Source of the DNA: Pseudovirgaria hyperparasitica
Lineage: Eukaryota
NCBI GenBank assembly: GCA_010093815.1
Contig: ML996567.1
Strand: one strand, 5' to 3'
DNA: 64,000 bases
Within the stretch, counting starts at the first letter, position 1, and each line of letters opens with the position of its first letter. Positions 9,945-23,341 of this stretch are shown piece by piece. The position numbers were made by a program, and so were the translations under genes. The notes below the pieces were generated by a model that did no database searches, was not told the DNA's origin, and worked only from the letters and a program-made list of their open reading frames with translations.

Positions 9945-11029
9945 GATGCGCGAGTCCTGTATATCGGTTCTCACGCGTAGTCTGATTAAAAAGAGGTCGA
10001 ATCAATAGAAGATCTGGCAGGACAACGAGAATGCAGGACGACCGGGACGGCGAACGAGGAGGGTTTCGGGCGATACTTGTAATGCAGCAAGAGGGTCAGC
10101 AAAGTACAATCAACAAGCGCCCGAGTCAGGAAGCTGCCACACGATATGGCAATGCGATGCACAGAGTGTAGAGGAAAATTGCGGCTCCGTGTTTCAGGCG
10201 CTCGGCTAGGTGCAGAATTATGTCATGGAAGGGGGCCGTGGCGTTCAGGAACAGGAAGGTCGGCTGGGTAAAGTTCGAGCCAGGGCTTGTGAGATCGGCG
10301 ACTTACCAGGAGACAAGTAGCAGAAGTGTGTTTGAGAAGCATGTACTAGCAGTTTTATGTTAAGATATGCTTATCCATCCCGCGTGTTGACGGTCGTCGC
10401 GATATTAATCCAGGTTAGCAGGGAATGCCCGGCGCTAGCAGGGATATACATATCTGCTAGCCAATTATAGCTCGCGCTCGAATTAGAGATTGAGAGCCTC
10501 AGGCCGCAAGGGTGCTTACATAGCACACTATATCTTAACCTTCGACCTCAAGTTGTTTTCCTTTTTGTTCCCTGCGTCGGAATCGGAGTTATGGTATGCA
10601 CACGCCTTATGTTAGTACTTATATAATATGCGAGTTTGCTCTATTCCTGCTGCCTTCATTCAATATAGGAGCTAATTATTCTTTTGAATGGACATTTCCT
10701 CCCTCCTGAGTACCTCTTAGACTCTCCGCAGTCACTTCATCATGATTAAGAAACAACAAGGCCAACTAGAATACCCCGCCAGCCATAACACACTCTCCTC
10801 CACCACCACCAGAGTCGATGATGGCCTGATTGGATGTCACCTCACACAAAATGTAGCATTTGGGAGACCGTCGGGCGCTTTGCATGCCTAGCCGCACACA
10901 TTCTCACGCGTCGCTCGCCAGCAAACAACGCTAGGCCGCATACAGAAGCGAGATCGGACGAGCTTAGCGGCGGGCGGTAATAGGCAGAGCATCATCAGCC
11001 CCGCCATTGGTCGAGAGACTTTTTTATTT

Positions 11030-11035
11030 TGACTC
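11030..11035 (+). promoter_or_regulatory. Putative Gcn4/CpcA cross-pathway control site (TGACTC)
   Basis: TGACTC preceded by a T-tract, ~140 bp upstream of the DAHP synthase ATG; fungal DAHP synthases are established cross-pathway-control targets. Confidence 0.45.
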
Positions 11036-11172
11036 GAAAGATATCTAGTCATACCTCTCTGTACCCCATAACTACTTTCACTAATTACCACATCCGCACC
11101 ACTACGCTCTCTCAATCCCCTCTCCTCTTCTCTTCAGCTTTCACTCTACGTCCAATCCACACTCAATTCATC

Positions 11173-12355
<1,183 letters not shown>

Positions 12356-12681
12356 AGAAATACCAGAGGCATGTTGGATGAGTCGCGCACGAAAAGTTCC
12401 TTTGTTTATGATGATCTGATCCCCTTTTTCTTCAAACATCTCCGAGGTTAGATGTCGGCGTCCGGATAGAACCTTCCCCACCCATAGCAGAATGTACATA
12501 TCAAACCGCAACCTCTATGCTATGCGTAGCCGCGAGCCCGTATTCACGCTTTTCTTTTTCCACATTGGCCACAAGTATATATATATTACACAAGAACTCC
12601 ACCCTGATGTTCCTCTCCCTTTTCCGTCAACCCAAGTGCTGCACCATTCAATCAAACTCGAATACCAAGTTCGCCTCTTGT

Positions 12682-13468
12682 TCAAACCGGCAATTCCGCA
12701 TTCCTCCTCGCGACTCCACCCATCTTATCCAACACGACGGCCACATACGGACCCACAACCGGCACACTCGTGACCACACCCGCGATCGTGGCGAAGAAGT
12801 CCCCAAACAGCACAAATATTCCGTACAGCTCTACCATGAATCCGACAAACGTCCATCGCAGGAGGATCAGCATGATGCCGCCGCCAAACGCGGCAGTGCC
12901 TTTGATCTTTTGCCGGCGCGCGAAGAAGGCGAGGGTTTTGGCGAAGCCGATTATAAGGGTCAGGCCGAGGATGAAGAGGATCTGGTAGGACACCAGGTGT
13001 GTATGTTAGGAATTGGGTGGTGGATTGGTGGGGAGGGACGAAGGGAGGGGCGTACGTTTCCCATTGCGAGCCTGATTGTTGTCAGTTAGTTAGTCGGTCA
13101 GTCAGTGATTCAGTCAATTCGTTCATTCATGCAATGCTTCCGATCCCCCTTGAAGCAGGCGAAATGGTAGGGCAGGGAGTACATACATGGCCCTATCAAA
13201 AAACATCATGACGCCTCCGAGTAAGAAGAAGCCGCCTGTATTTGCAGCACGAGCGTGTATGTGAGCGGTTTGTGCTTTCTTGACAATGTGCGTTGTGTAC
13301 GCGTGTGCCGTGTGAAAGGCGCGAGTCCTTACCTACCCCCGGTGCAGAATGCGACGCCGATTTCTGTAGGGTGGTGAGGTTAGCATTGATTGTGTGTGTA
13401 TGTGGTTTTGTGGGAGGGGGGGTGGAAGGGGACGGACTTTGGCTGTCGCTGAGCCACATTGATGGCAT
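12682..13468 (-). CDS. GOT1: Golgi transport protein Got1; 5 exons (13468-13438, 13363-13337, 13235-13187, 13071-13056, 12981-12682)
   Basis: Spliced product [48 protein letters not shown]...FGDFF with all introns GT-AG. Confidence 0.9.
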
Positions 13469-14221
13469 TGTTGCGGTTGTGTTGGTGTGGAGAGAAGAGA
13501 GAAGAGAAGTGTAAGGGAGAACAATGTGTGTAGTTGTGTGTTGCGCGTGTTGTTGTCGTTTGGGCAGCACAAGACGACACGACACGAGACGAGTGTTGGA
13601 GATCTGGCGTGGACTTTTTGGGACGCGGAAGGCGGAAGGTGAGAAAGGGGCCCGTGCGTCGACGGAGGTGAGGCGGAACCTAGATTGCGTGTGGTCGGAC
13701 GCGTAGCGTGATTATGTAAGACGCGGGAGAACTTCTTCGTGTTCAAATTTGTGATGCACGAGTCCGGCGTCAAAAACAGTAGCTTTTGCTGCTATAATTT
13801 TATTCTATTCTCGCACAATGAGCCCCAGATATGTGTATGGCTATATGTTTCTATGTATGAACTAGCCGGCCTGACTGTGCTTTGGAAGCTTTGTGTGTAG
13901 AGACCGCGCCGCGACAACGGTAGATTCTCATTCTGCTGTAACTAGTACCTCACACAATGGGGTGCTGGTATTCGTCATTGGCGAAGAGTGACTATTGCGG
14001 ATCACAAATAAGCCGGAGCGCCTTCTTGAGCCCTTCTCCGAGAGGAGTTGGGTGGGTGGATTGGGCTTGACTTGGTTGGTCACACATGTCGGACACGCTT
14101 GAGCAGCATGAACGCCCTATCTTTTCATTCCCAATAGATGGTCGTAGACAAAAATGACATGCGCCCTCCTTTTGAACGCCGTGATCTCCAACAAAACTGC
14201 CAGTGAATGCCGCGCTCCCGC

Positions 14222-14803
14222 TCACTTTAGCACCGTGTGCGCTCCTCTCGCCGCAAGATACTGCTCCGAGCTTCCCTGGGCCATTGTCCTCAACAAACCA
14301 TACACCTCCACATTATGATACCGCAGCCGAGACTTCGGATCTGTATACGGCGCCGGCAGCCCCGTCACGTCGCAGTAATGCCGCTGACTACTCGGATGCA
14401 AGCTCGGCGCGCTCTCCACATTCGTGTACGTGACTGCAGGACCACCACCGTTCCCACCCGTTGCTGCCCTCTGGTTCTTCTCCAGCACCAGCCTATCCAG
14501 ATGCTGTGCTGCCTGCGCGATGTTGGGGTTGAGATGTGAGCCGTTTGCGGCTGCTGCTGCGGGCGTCGCAACGCCGCCGGTGCTGGCGGCAGCTGGAGTC
14601 GAGCTTCCGCTGTTGTTCTGTGTTGCGAGCACCGAGGCTTCTTTGCGTGACGCTTCGGAGAGGATCTGCTTGACGTTCTTGTTGCGCCGCTGTGGTGGTT
14701 TCCAGTTCGGGTTGCGGAAGGGCTTGCGGATGGCGTAGAGGTCGAGCTGGTCGAGGAGGGCTTGGTGGTTGGTTTCGTCTGAGGCTTGAGTTATCGGCGC
14801 CAT
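14222..14803 (-). CDS. IES6: INO80 complex subunit Ies6 (YL1 C-terminal domain)
   Basis: KPFRNPNWK..RRNKNVKQIL, YTNVESAPSL, YCDVTGLPAPYTDPKSRLRYH, YLAARGA. Confidence 0.92.
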   Translation of the reverse strand: MAPITQASDETNHQALLDQLDLYAIRKPFRNPNWKPPQRRNKNVKQILSEASRKEASVLATQNNSGSSTPAAASTGGVATPAAAAANGSHLNPNIAQAAQHLDRLVLEKNQRAATGGNGGGPAVTYTNVESAPSLHPSSQRHYCDVTGLPAPYTDPKSRLRYHNVEVYGLLRTMAQGSSEQYLAARGAHTVLK

Positions 14804-16053
14804 AGCAAGGAGGTGATATGCTGGAGGTGGAGTGTTTAGGGACTGAGAGAGCTGGTTGAGGTGTGAGTGGTTTGATGCCCGAGTCGTTTATGGTCGATCC
14901 GAGTTAGGAATAGCGCACTGGAGACTCTAAGCTAGACGGGAGATGTGGTTGTACCGTTGTGGTTATGTTTAGACTCTGCGAACATTGCTTAGAGGGCCTA
15001 CATAGTGAACGTAGTGAATACGTATTGTGAATGAACATACTATGGTACGGCCTAATAACATAAACAGGTTGGTTTATATCCTTCGATTCCGCTTATGCTC
15101 AAAAGTATACTTCGTTCTACCTGACAATTAGTTCCGGATTTGGTATAGCGTGCTAGCTCTTCGTGATTTACCAGGTATTATGGCACCTGTCTAAGCAAAT
15201 GGTCTTAGGTTGACTGCTTCAAACTACAAAAAGCATCTGGACAGACCGATTACTATACAGATCAATATGGTAACCTATATGTCTACCAGACCTCTAATAA
15301 TACGCTAACATCCTTTGCAGGAGAGCCCACACGAGTATCAACAAAGCCTTTTGCTTGCGCGTATTATCAACAACGTCGTACGTCACATGTCAACAACCTG
15401 AAGTAGCATTATAGTGACAGAAAAACCAGGAGAAGCTGAATGAGTCCGTTGTAGTCTTGAACAAGAGCTTACAGGCAGGTATACACGCTCGACATCTGTT
15501 GTTGTCTGCTGACTTTGCAATTATAGGAGATCATCATCCAAAACACGAACGTCGAGCTGGTCGCTCAGATGTTTAAGAACTACCAATCGAGTACACTCTT
15601 CCACTTACAAGGTATGGATTTTGTTTGAGCATGCGGGCGATTGATATCTGACCGCGTTGAAAGCCACGGACAGTCTGAAGGACCCATCATGAAGCAGAAG
15701 GGACAGATTCGCGATGTAATGGAAATGTGCCATGCTATTCTGAAGTCCTTGTAACACTGTTTATCAACTTGAATGCTACATAGGCCATGGGTTGCTGTTT
15801 CACGAGTCCTTTGCTCAATGAACGCGCTCAGCAATAATAGGGTGTTTTAGCCAGCCTTGCCCGCATTCCGTTCCGGGCGGCGAGCTTCAGATAGCTGCAA
15901 CCAAAATGTTACCTTTCGCAGGACTTCCGCCGTATGCCTAGAACCACAAAGCTGCTCTGGTGAGCCATCATATCTTCACAACTCCGCCTCTCCATTGATC
16001 GTGACTTGCCATGTGGTGATTCTGCGCATACGACTCTACTGTCGGCCACCGCA

Positions 16054-18458
16054 ATGGCACCTTCATTCGCAAACGATGTCCCTGCTGGCTCCGGGCGCAA
16101 CTCTCCCAAGCCTGAGCCTACGAAGCTTTGGGGTGTCAGCGAGCCTCCGTTCGAAGGCTTCAAGCCAATCGATACTGAAGGATACAAACGGAGCAATTCC
16201 AGCACCGCAATCATCATCGATAATGGTAGACTGCATGCTCCAGCGCATAAGATGAAGCACGATGCTGATGAAAATAGGCTCTTCCAATGTTCGCGCCGGC
16301 TGGGCTTTCGATAACAAACCACGAATCACATTACCACCTCTTAACGCCCGCTATCGAGATCGGAAGCTAAACCGAACGTTTGTCTTCACGGGATCTGACG
16401 TCTACTCCGATGGAACGGCGCGCGGACAGGCGAAAAATGTGTACGAGCCGGGTAGCAACATAATAAACAACTGGGATAGCATGGAAGGAGTCCTTGATTA
16501 TGTCTTCGTCAAACTAGGACTGGGTGATGCACAAGGGGGCATAGGAAGGCCGGTGGTCCTGACAGAGCCAGTCGCAAATCTGGCATACTCGAGAAAAAGT
16601 ATGAAATGTTGCACAACATATGACTGCACTGTGCTAACTTGTATACAACAGCCATGTCCGAGATTCTTTTTGAGTGTTATGGCGCGCCTTCCGTGGCCTA
16701 TGGCATTGATTCTCTCTTCTCGTACAACTACAACAACGGCAAACACGGCCTCGTCGTGTCCTCATCATATACATCAACCCACCTCATACCTGTCGTCAAC
16801 TCAAAGCCACTTCTGTCGCATGCGACTCGCCTCAATTGGGGAAGGTTTCAGAGTGCGGAATATCTACAAAAACTGCTGCGCCTCAAATACCCTTCATTCC
16901 CGGCTAAACTCAATGATCCACAGTCTGAGGATCTCGTGCGCGATCATTGCTATGTCTCGGACAATTACGAGCAGGAATTAAGTCGGTATCTCGATTGGAC
17001 CGGCTTGGAAGACCGCAATCGCACCGTTCAGTTTCCCTTCACAGAGCAGATCATTGTACAGAAGACTGAAGAAGAGCTGGCAAAGATAGCAGAAAGAAAG
17101 AAGGAAAGCGGGCGGAGGCTCCAGGAGCAAGCCGCGAAGATGCGGCTTGAGAAGCTGATTAGAAAAGAGCAAGAACTGGAGTACTACAGAGAGTTACTCG
17201 ACAGGGTACAAAACACGACCAAGAAGGAGGCGAGGACATTACTGGAGTCGGACGATTTCGACGACGAAGGGCAACTAGAAAAGAAGATCAAGGAGATGGA
17301 CAAGTCCATTCGCAAAGCACGTAACAAAGACCTCGGTGATGAGCCAGAGGAAGAGCAAGAGGAGCCTACGTTCCCTCTACTTGAAGTTCCGGATGACCAG
17401 CTCGACGAGGATGGTCTGAAGCAGAAGCGACAGCAGCGTCTAATGAGGTCCAATCACGAAGCCCGCGCAAGAGCAAAGGCCGAGAAAGAACGCGAGAAAG
17501 CCAGAATAGCCGAAGAAGAGCGTCTGGACACCGAGCGCCGCGAGAAAGACCCAGAAACTTGGATCGAAGAGCGTCGCGCCGCGCGACACGCAATCGTGGC
17601 TAAGATCAAGGAGAGGGAGAGGATGAAGGCAGAGCTGGGAAATCGAAAATCGCTTGTAAATCAGATGCGCATGAAGACAATCGCCAACCTCGCGTCGGAT
17701 ACCCCAACAAAGAAGCGTAGGCGCGGCGGGGGTGACGACGACACATTCGGTGCAGACGATGCTGACTGGGGTGTATATCGGACTGTTGCGACGGGCGAAC
17801 AGGACAGCGATGATGAGGAAGAAGACCTCAATTCTAATCTGAGAAAGCTGGAAGAGCAGCTACTTCAATACGACCCGAACTTTACAGAAGACAGCACACG
17901 AGAGGCCGAAACAGACTGGACCAAGAGTTTAGTTCACGCTTTCCTACGTGGACCATATCCTTACGACCCTGAGGACCAGCGGCAATCACATCAACTGCAC
18001 TTGAATGTTGAGCGTATCCGCGTGCCAGAAGTCGTCTTCCAACCCTCAATCGCGGGAGTAGACCAAGCCGGAATCGTGGAAATTGCAGCAGGCATCCTCA
18101 ACGAGAGGCTTGGTGACTCTGCGTATCGGACGGAGATAATGAAAGACATCTTCTTGTGCGGTGGTAACACTTTGTTCCAAGGATTTGAAGAGAGACTAAA
18201 GAACGAGCTACGCGCAGTCATGCCAGCTGACGCGGTTATGAAAGTACGAAAAGCCGGCGACCCAGTGCTAGATGCATGGAGAGGTGCGGCAAAATGGTCG
18301 GGCACTCAGGAGGCGAAGCAGAGCTTTGTCACGAGGGCGGAATTCTTGGAGAAAGGTGGAGATTACCTGAAGGTGTGTTGCTCAAAATATATGAACGCGC
18401 AATCAATGCTAATGCTGCACAGGAACATTCATGCGGGAACGCCTTTCAATCTTACTAG
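16054..18458 (+). CDS. ARP5: INO80 complex actin-related protein Arp5; introns 16226-16277, 16599-16651, 18373-18422
   Basis: AIIIDNG, VVLTEP, MSEILFECYG, YGIDSLFS, long charged insertion, DDTFGADDADWGVY, LNVERIRVPEVVFQP. Confidence 0.93.
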
Positions 18459-19093
18459 GTATATGTCTTACCACATGAGCATTGGGATACTCATCAGCTC
18501 AAGAATGGAAACATCTTTTGTGAATGCTTCACATTAAGAATACAAAAACTTACGGTGTTTCCCTCTATCTAGTGCCACTACATCCGTAACCGGACCCGAG
18601 GCTGCTCGCTGCACTGGTACCGTCTGTGTATGTGAACATCGCCGTCCTGCCGTCAATTGACTTTTCAGTCTTCAGTGACCATTCCAGCATCCAAGCAATA
18701 ATCGAGGCCCCTTTAGTGGAGTTCTGCACACTAAACATCGTTCAGATCATGTGACGTCTCAGCCTCACGAACCTCTTCCCCTGAGGAATGACCTCACCGC
18801 GTCTAAAGGACTGGAATTTAGCCAAATACGCTTTAGTGTTGTTCACGTTGCGTCTTGGCAGACCCAAACAAGATCCTGCCACGCGTCTTATGATTGCTAT
18901 AACAATACTAGACTTGAGAATATCGAATAATTGGATATAATGCTTCCGAGGGGAGAAGATAGTATGCTTGCGGATGGGACAATGAAGCTGAGCGATCTGC
19001 CCCGTTCGGCAAAACAATATATAAGAGCTAGACCAACTAGCATCCCATAACCATTTGGATGGTATTCTGACAACTTATTTCCAAGCATCGAAG

Positions 19094-20986
19094 ATGATAT
19101 TCTTATTGTTTTCGTTTTTATTGAGTGCATCTGCTGCGTTTCAGCCGTGCCCACTCCCTGGTGCCGCATTTCTCCCTCCAAAACATTTGGCCACAGATCA
19201 GAACTTCAAGCAGCTGGCGGTAAATCTGACTAAAAAGCTCGACAGGGCTTTGAACAGTGGTCAAAGTAGTTATGGCCCGGTTCAGAAGGACAACACAGCG
19301 TACTCAGTGTCAGTTTTCGCCGTTGATAACCCAGATTTACTATCCCAATGGCATCACACACCAGATATGATCAAAAACTCGTCATTCGGTGTACAGACAG
19401 TGGATGCAAACTCGGTCTATCGTATTGCCAGCGTTTCAAAGCTTGTCACGGTCTACGCGCTGCTCGCATCGATAGGAGACCAATACTGGCACCGGCCGGT
19501 CACGGACTTTGTTCCTGAACTACAGCAGCACGTCGAGGAGGATACGAAAAGTGCACTGGAATACGTGCAGTGGGATCAAGTGACGCTTTCAGACCTGGCT
19601 AGCGAGATTAGTGGAGTTACTCGAGATTGTAAGACTCCTTCTCTACCATGTGACATGTGATGAATCTATGCTCAGCATTATACAACAGTCATCGCCAGAA
19701 AGAATGATATCTCGTTTATTCCTGCATCTGTCGCGCAGATGGTGGGCCTACCTGCTCTCTCCCCGGACGACCTTCCACCATGCCTTCTCAATGCCACAGG
19801 CACAGTGCAAGACTGTGATAGAACCGGTACGGGTGTCTAGAAGCCATTTCGTGTTTCGCTGATCAGGTCTAGAATTCTTCGCATCTATCGACACTCGACA
19901 GCCTATCTTCCCCTCGGGACTAAAGGCGGCGTATAGTAATACAGCATTCCTAATCCTCGGTTACGCCATGGAGAGTATTACTGGCCGCTCGTTCGGAGAC
20001 ATCCTCGATCAAAGCATTATCGAGCCGTTATCGCTGAACCGTACATTCTACAGTAAACCTGAGGATAGCATGGGCGTTATTCCTAGCACTCCGTGGGAAT
20101 CACTGTGGAACTTGGTCACCGCTTTGCCTGCGTGAGTTCTAAGTCCACACTCGTTTTCTGTAGCCTAGAAATAACTCTGTTCTATAGTTCTGGTGGCATG
20201 TATAGCTCTTCTTCCGACCTAGCTGTTATAGGCCGGTCGATCCTCTCCTCGGAACTCCTGACTCCTGCGACAACCAGGTCCTGGCTGAAACCAGATGCTT
20301 TTACTACATCTGTTAATACAGCCGTCGGGAAATCATGGGAGATATATCGCTTTCCTCTGTATGAGCACCGAAATGTGGATGCATATACCAAGTCTGGCTC
20401 GCTTGGGGCGTACACATCCAATATCATCCTTCTCCCGGAGTTCGGCGTAGGATACTCCGTGCTAACCGCAGGCCGTGCTCTCGAAGCTCCTGTCACTCGA
20501 ACCATCGCCGAATCCCTCATCCCGGGACTCGAAGAAATTGCCAGACTACAGAGTGTCGAGAACCTGGTTGGTACCTTCCGCGCCATGGATGGAGGACTGA
20601 ACTCGTCCATGATATTTACGTCTGATGCGGGGCTTCCTGGTCTGGGTGTCTCGTCGTTTATATCGGATGGGAAAGACGTTGTTGCCAACCTTGGAAGTCA
20701 ATTTCTGGGATCGGGCCAAGGACTAAGCCTTAGACTGTATCCGGCAGAGCTTGAACAAGATGTTGGGGATGGAACGCGGAGGATTGGGTTTCGTATAGCC
20801 TATGAAGTTGTCGAAGAGGCACAGAACAGCCCGTTCGCGGCTTGTGCGACCTGGTTTGGCGTGGATGGCCTTAGTTATGGGAGACATGGCGTCGACCAAG
20901 TGGTGTTCACGGTAGATGAGAATGGACGGGCACTGAGCGTGGAACCACTACTCCTCGACGTGGTGTTGACTAAAGTAGGTTCATGA
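19094..20986 (+). CDS. Secreted beta-lactamase/transpeptidase-like serine hydrolase (about 3 introns)
   Basis: Signal peptide MIFLLFSFLLSASAA, CPLPG, SxxK (ASVSK), YSN (gcgtatagtaat ~19930), GGMYSS, YTKSG. Confidence 0.85.
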
Positions 20987-22168
20987 CTGGGCACATAGTT
21001 AAATACACGTTTTGAATGCAGAGCTAATATCGACGAGATCATGTACTGCCCTATCATAGGTGATCGACTTCCCAAAATGTCACTTCTCGTTCCAATTACC
21101 GAGCTCTAGAGTAACTCTTCTGCCTTTGCTTGTCCTCACTACCAATAATCCCACTCAAGCCGCCTCATATGGTCATACACAAAGAACAACAGCACACATG
21201 CCACAACACCCACCCTTGCCGCCATCCTCCTCACCCCACCCAATCTCTGCACCCCTTCCTCCCCACTCCCTCTCCCGGCACTCCTGCCCCATTTACCTTC
21301 TGAGAGACAATACAAGGTAGCGCACAACTACAGGTATGTAGATACATAGCGACCATAGAGAAGCATACGTTAGATTGGCAATACCTGCCTTCAAGTTCTT
21401 CATGGCTGCAACCCAGGACCGAGCTCCGGAAGTCCGGCTCGGAGATGCTACATATCCGACAGTCGGAATACCACATGTAAGGCATCACACCACCCACGTA
21501 ACTCATCTCACACATCCATCTCGATGACGAAATCAAAAACATAATGACGCACTTTACATCTAACCGCCAATCCATCAAATCCAAGCCACCGCGGCGGTAA
21601 TCAGCAGACGACACACTATTACGCCGTGCCGAGCCGAACCTAGCTCAGGACCCTTTCTACTGCTAGTCACAACCCCAAGCTACAACCAGTCTCTCTGCCA
21701 GACAATACGTCACCCATCACAGCCCCTTTCAAGCCATCTCCCTCGCCATCGAAAGACAAATGCAGCGTGACGAGCAACGCAATCCAGTGAATGACCCCTG
21801 TCGCAGATCAAAGAACCCGGGCGTACACCGCAGTACGTAGCACGACGTCATCGGAGCCTCCCCGCATGACCGCGCCACGCTCGCCTCGATCATCGCGGGC
21901 CTAACGCCCGATCGGTAAATGCGCGCCCAGGAGATCACTCCGAAATCCTGTTTTTTCGGGGACTTGTTTAAGTTGTTTTTGGAGTAGTGGATATTTGTAG
22001 GTATATGTATATATATATATATATAATGTGTTTGTCTCCCCTTGCGACTTTCTTCTCCTCGTACATCATCCACAAACACATCTCAGCACATCCACACTGT
22101 ACACACACACACACACATACATACCTGCAATAAACACCCCACGAACAGAACCCAACCTTCTCAAAACA

Positions 22169-22449
22169 ATGAACTCCCTCAAGAACGCAGGAAACTACCT
22201 CTCCTCCAAGGTCCAGGCCGGCGGCCGCGCAACGTCCAAGGAGGCCAACAAGCAGGTCGCCAAGGATCCCAACGCGCCCATCACCACACGGTACGTCAAA
22301 CGCTCAGTCACTAGCTTGAAATGTCCTCGAATAGACGGAGATGGCTGATTCTTAGTTCCAGAATCTCGGCGGCCAAGGATGCTGTTGGTGATAAGCTGCA
22401 CGAGTCCAAGCACAAGGGGAACGCGAGTGCGTATAAGCAGGGGATTTGA
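22169..22449 (+). CDS. grg1: Glucose-repressible protein Grg1 / ccg-1 homologue; intron 22291-22361
   Basis: Spliced MNSLKNAGNYLSSKVQAGGRATSKEANKQVAKDPNAPITTRISAAKDAVGDKLHESKHKGNASAYKQGI matches the Neurospora grg-1/ccg-1 pattern. Confidence 0.88.
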
Positions 22450-23341
22450 GTGGGGATGTAGGTAGTAAGGTGCGGTAGATGAGAGAAGCTGGTGGTGGGA
22501 TGTATTATGGTGTATTGCTTAATGGGATTCTGGGGGGGTTGTAGAGGTTGTGCAGCGGGTTTTCGAGGATGGTGAATGGGTTTCTTGTGTGTATTAATGA
22601 CTGTGTCTTTTTATACCCTGATTCGTCTTTTATGAATAAATCTATATCCCCCAGTGACACGAGGTTTTCAATAGAATGACAGCTTCGTTACATGTTGTTC
22701 GTATGATCAGGAAGTATATTCGCAGACAGACCTTGGGAATGACGACCTTTTGAGACTAGACAGACCAGTCAACAGGCTGGCTTCGTTCGTTTTGCTGTCC
22801 ATGTCTCATTCGAGCACCATGACGCGACTACAGGAGTTAGCTGGCCCTTGATTGGGACCGCAGAACGAAACTCTCGTCGAGACTTGACCAGTTACAGCAT
22901 GTGTATCCTGTCGTGCAATCACTGGGTCTGCTTTGACTGTGTGTAGTCTCGAGCGTTCTCAGAAGCCTATTACAAGTGATGAACGGTTTGTTCGTCTCAC
23001 AACATCCATCTCTACATCTCAAACTCCTCAGCGCGCCGTCCACATCCAGATACACGTCGAGGCATTTGTGACTATAGCCTGTTGTGTACAGTGCGCGACG
23101 CGCAGGTCAATCATCAGCTTTCTCGCTGTTTTCGTTCCTCACATAGATCTGTATAGACCTGGGATGTAATGTTAAGACGTCTAGCCTTAGATTCAAGTAG
23201 GGTAGAGATGCACATACGGACACAAGACTCAGTCCCATTCAAAGCATCTTCGAACAAAGCATACCATGAATTTCAAGCACGCCATATCCACCCCTAGCGC
23301 CAATGCTATGCTCTTTTTATAATTTAACTTACAACGTGAAC

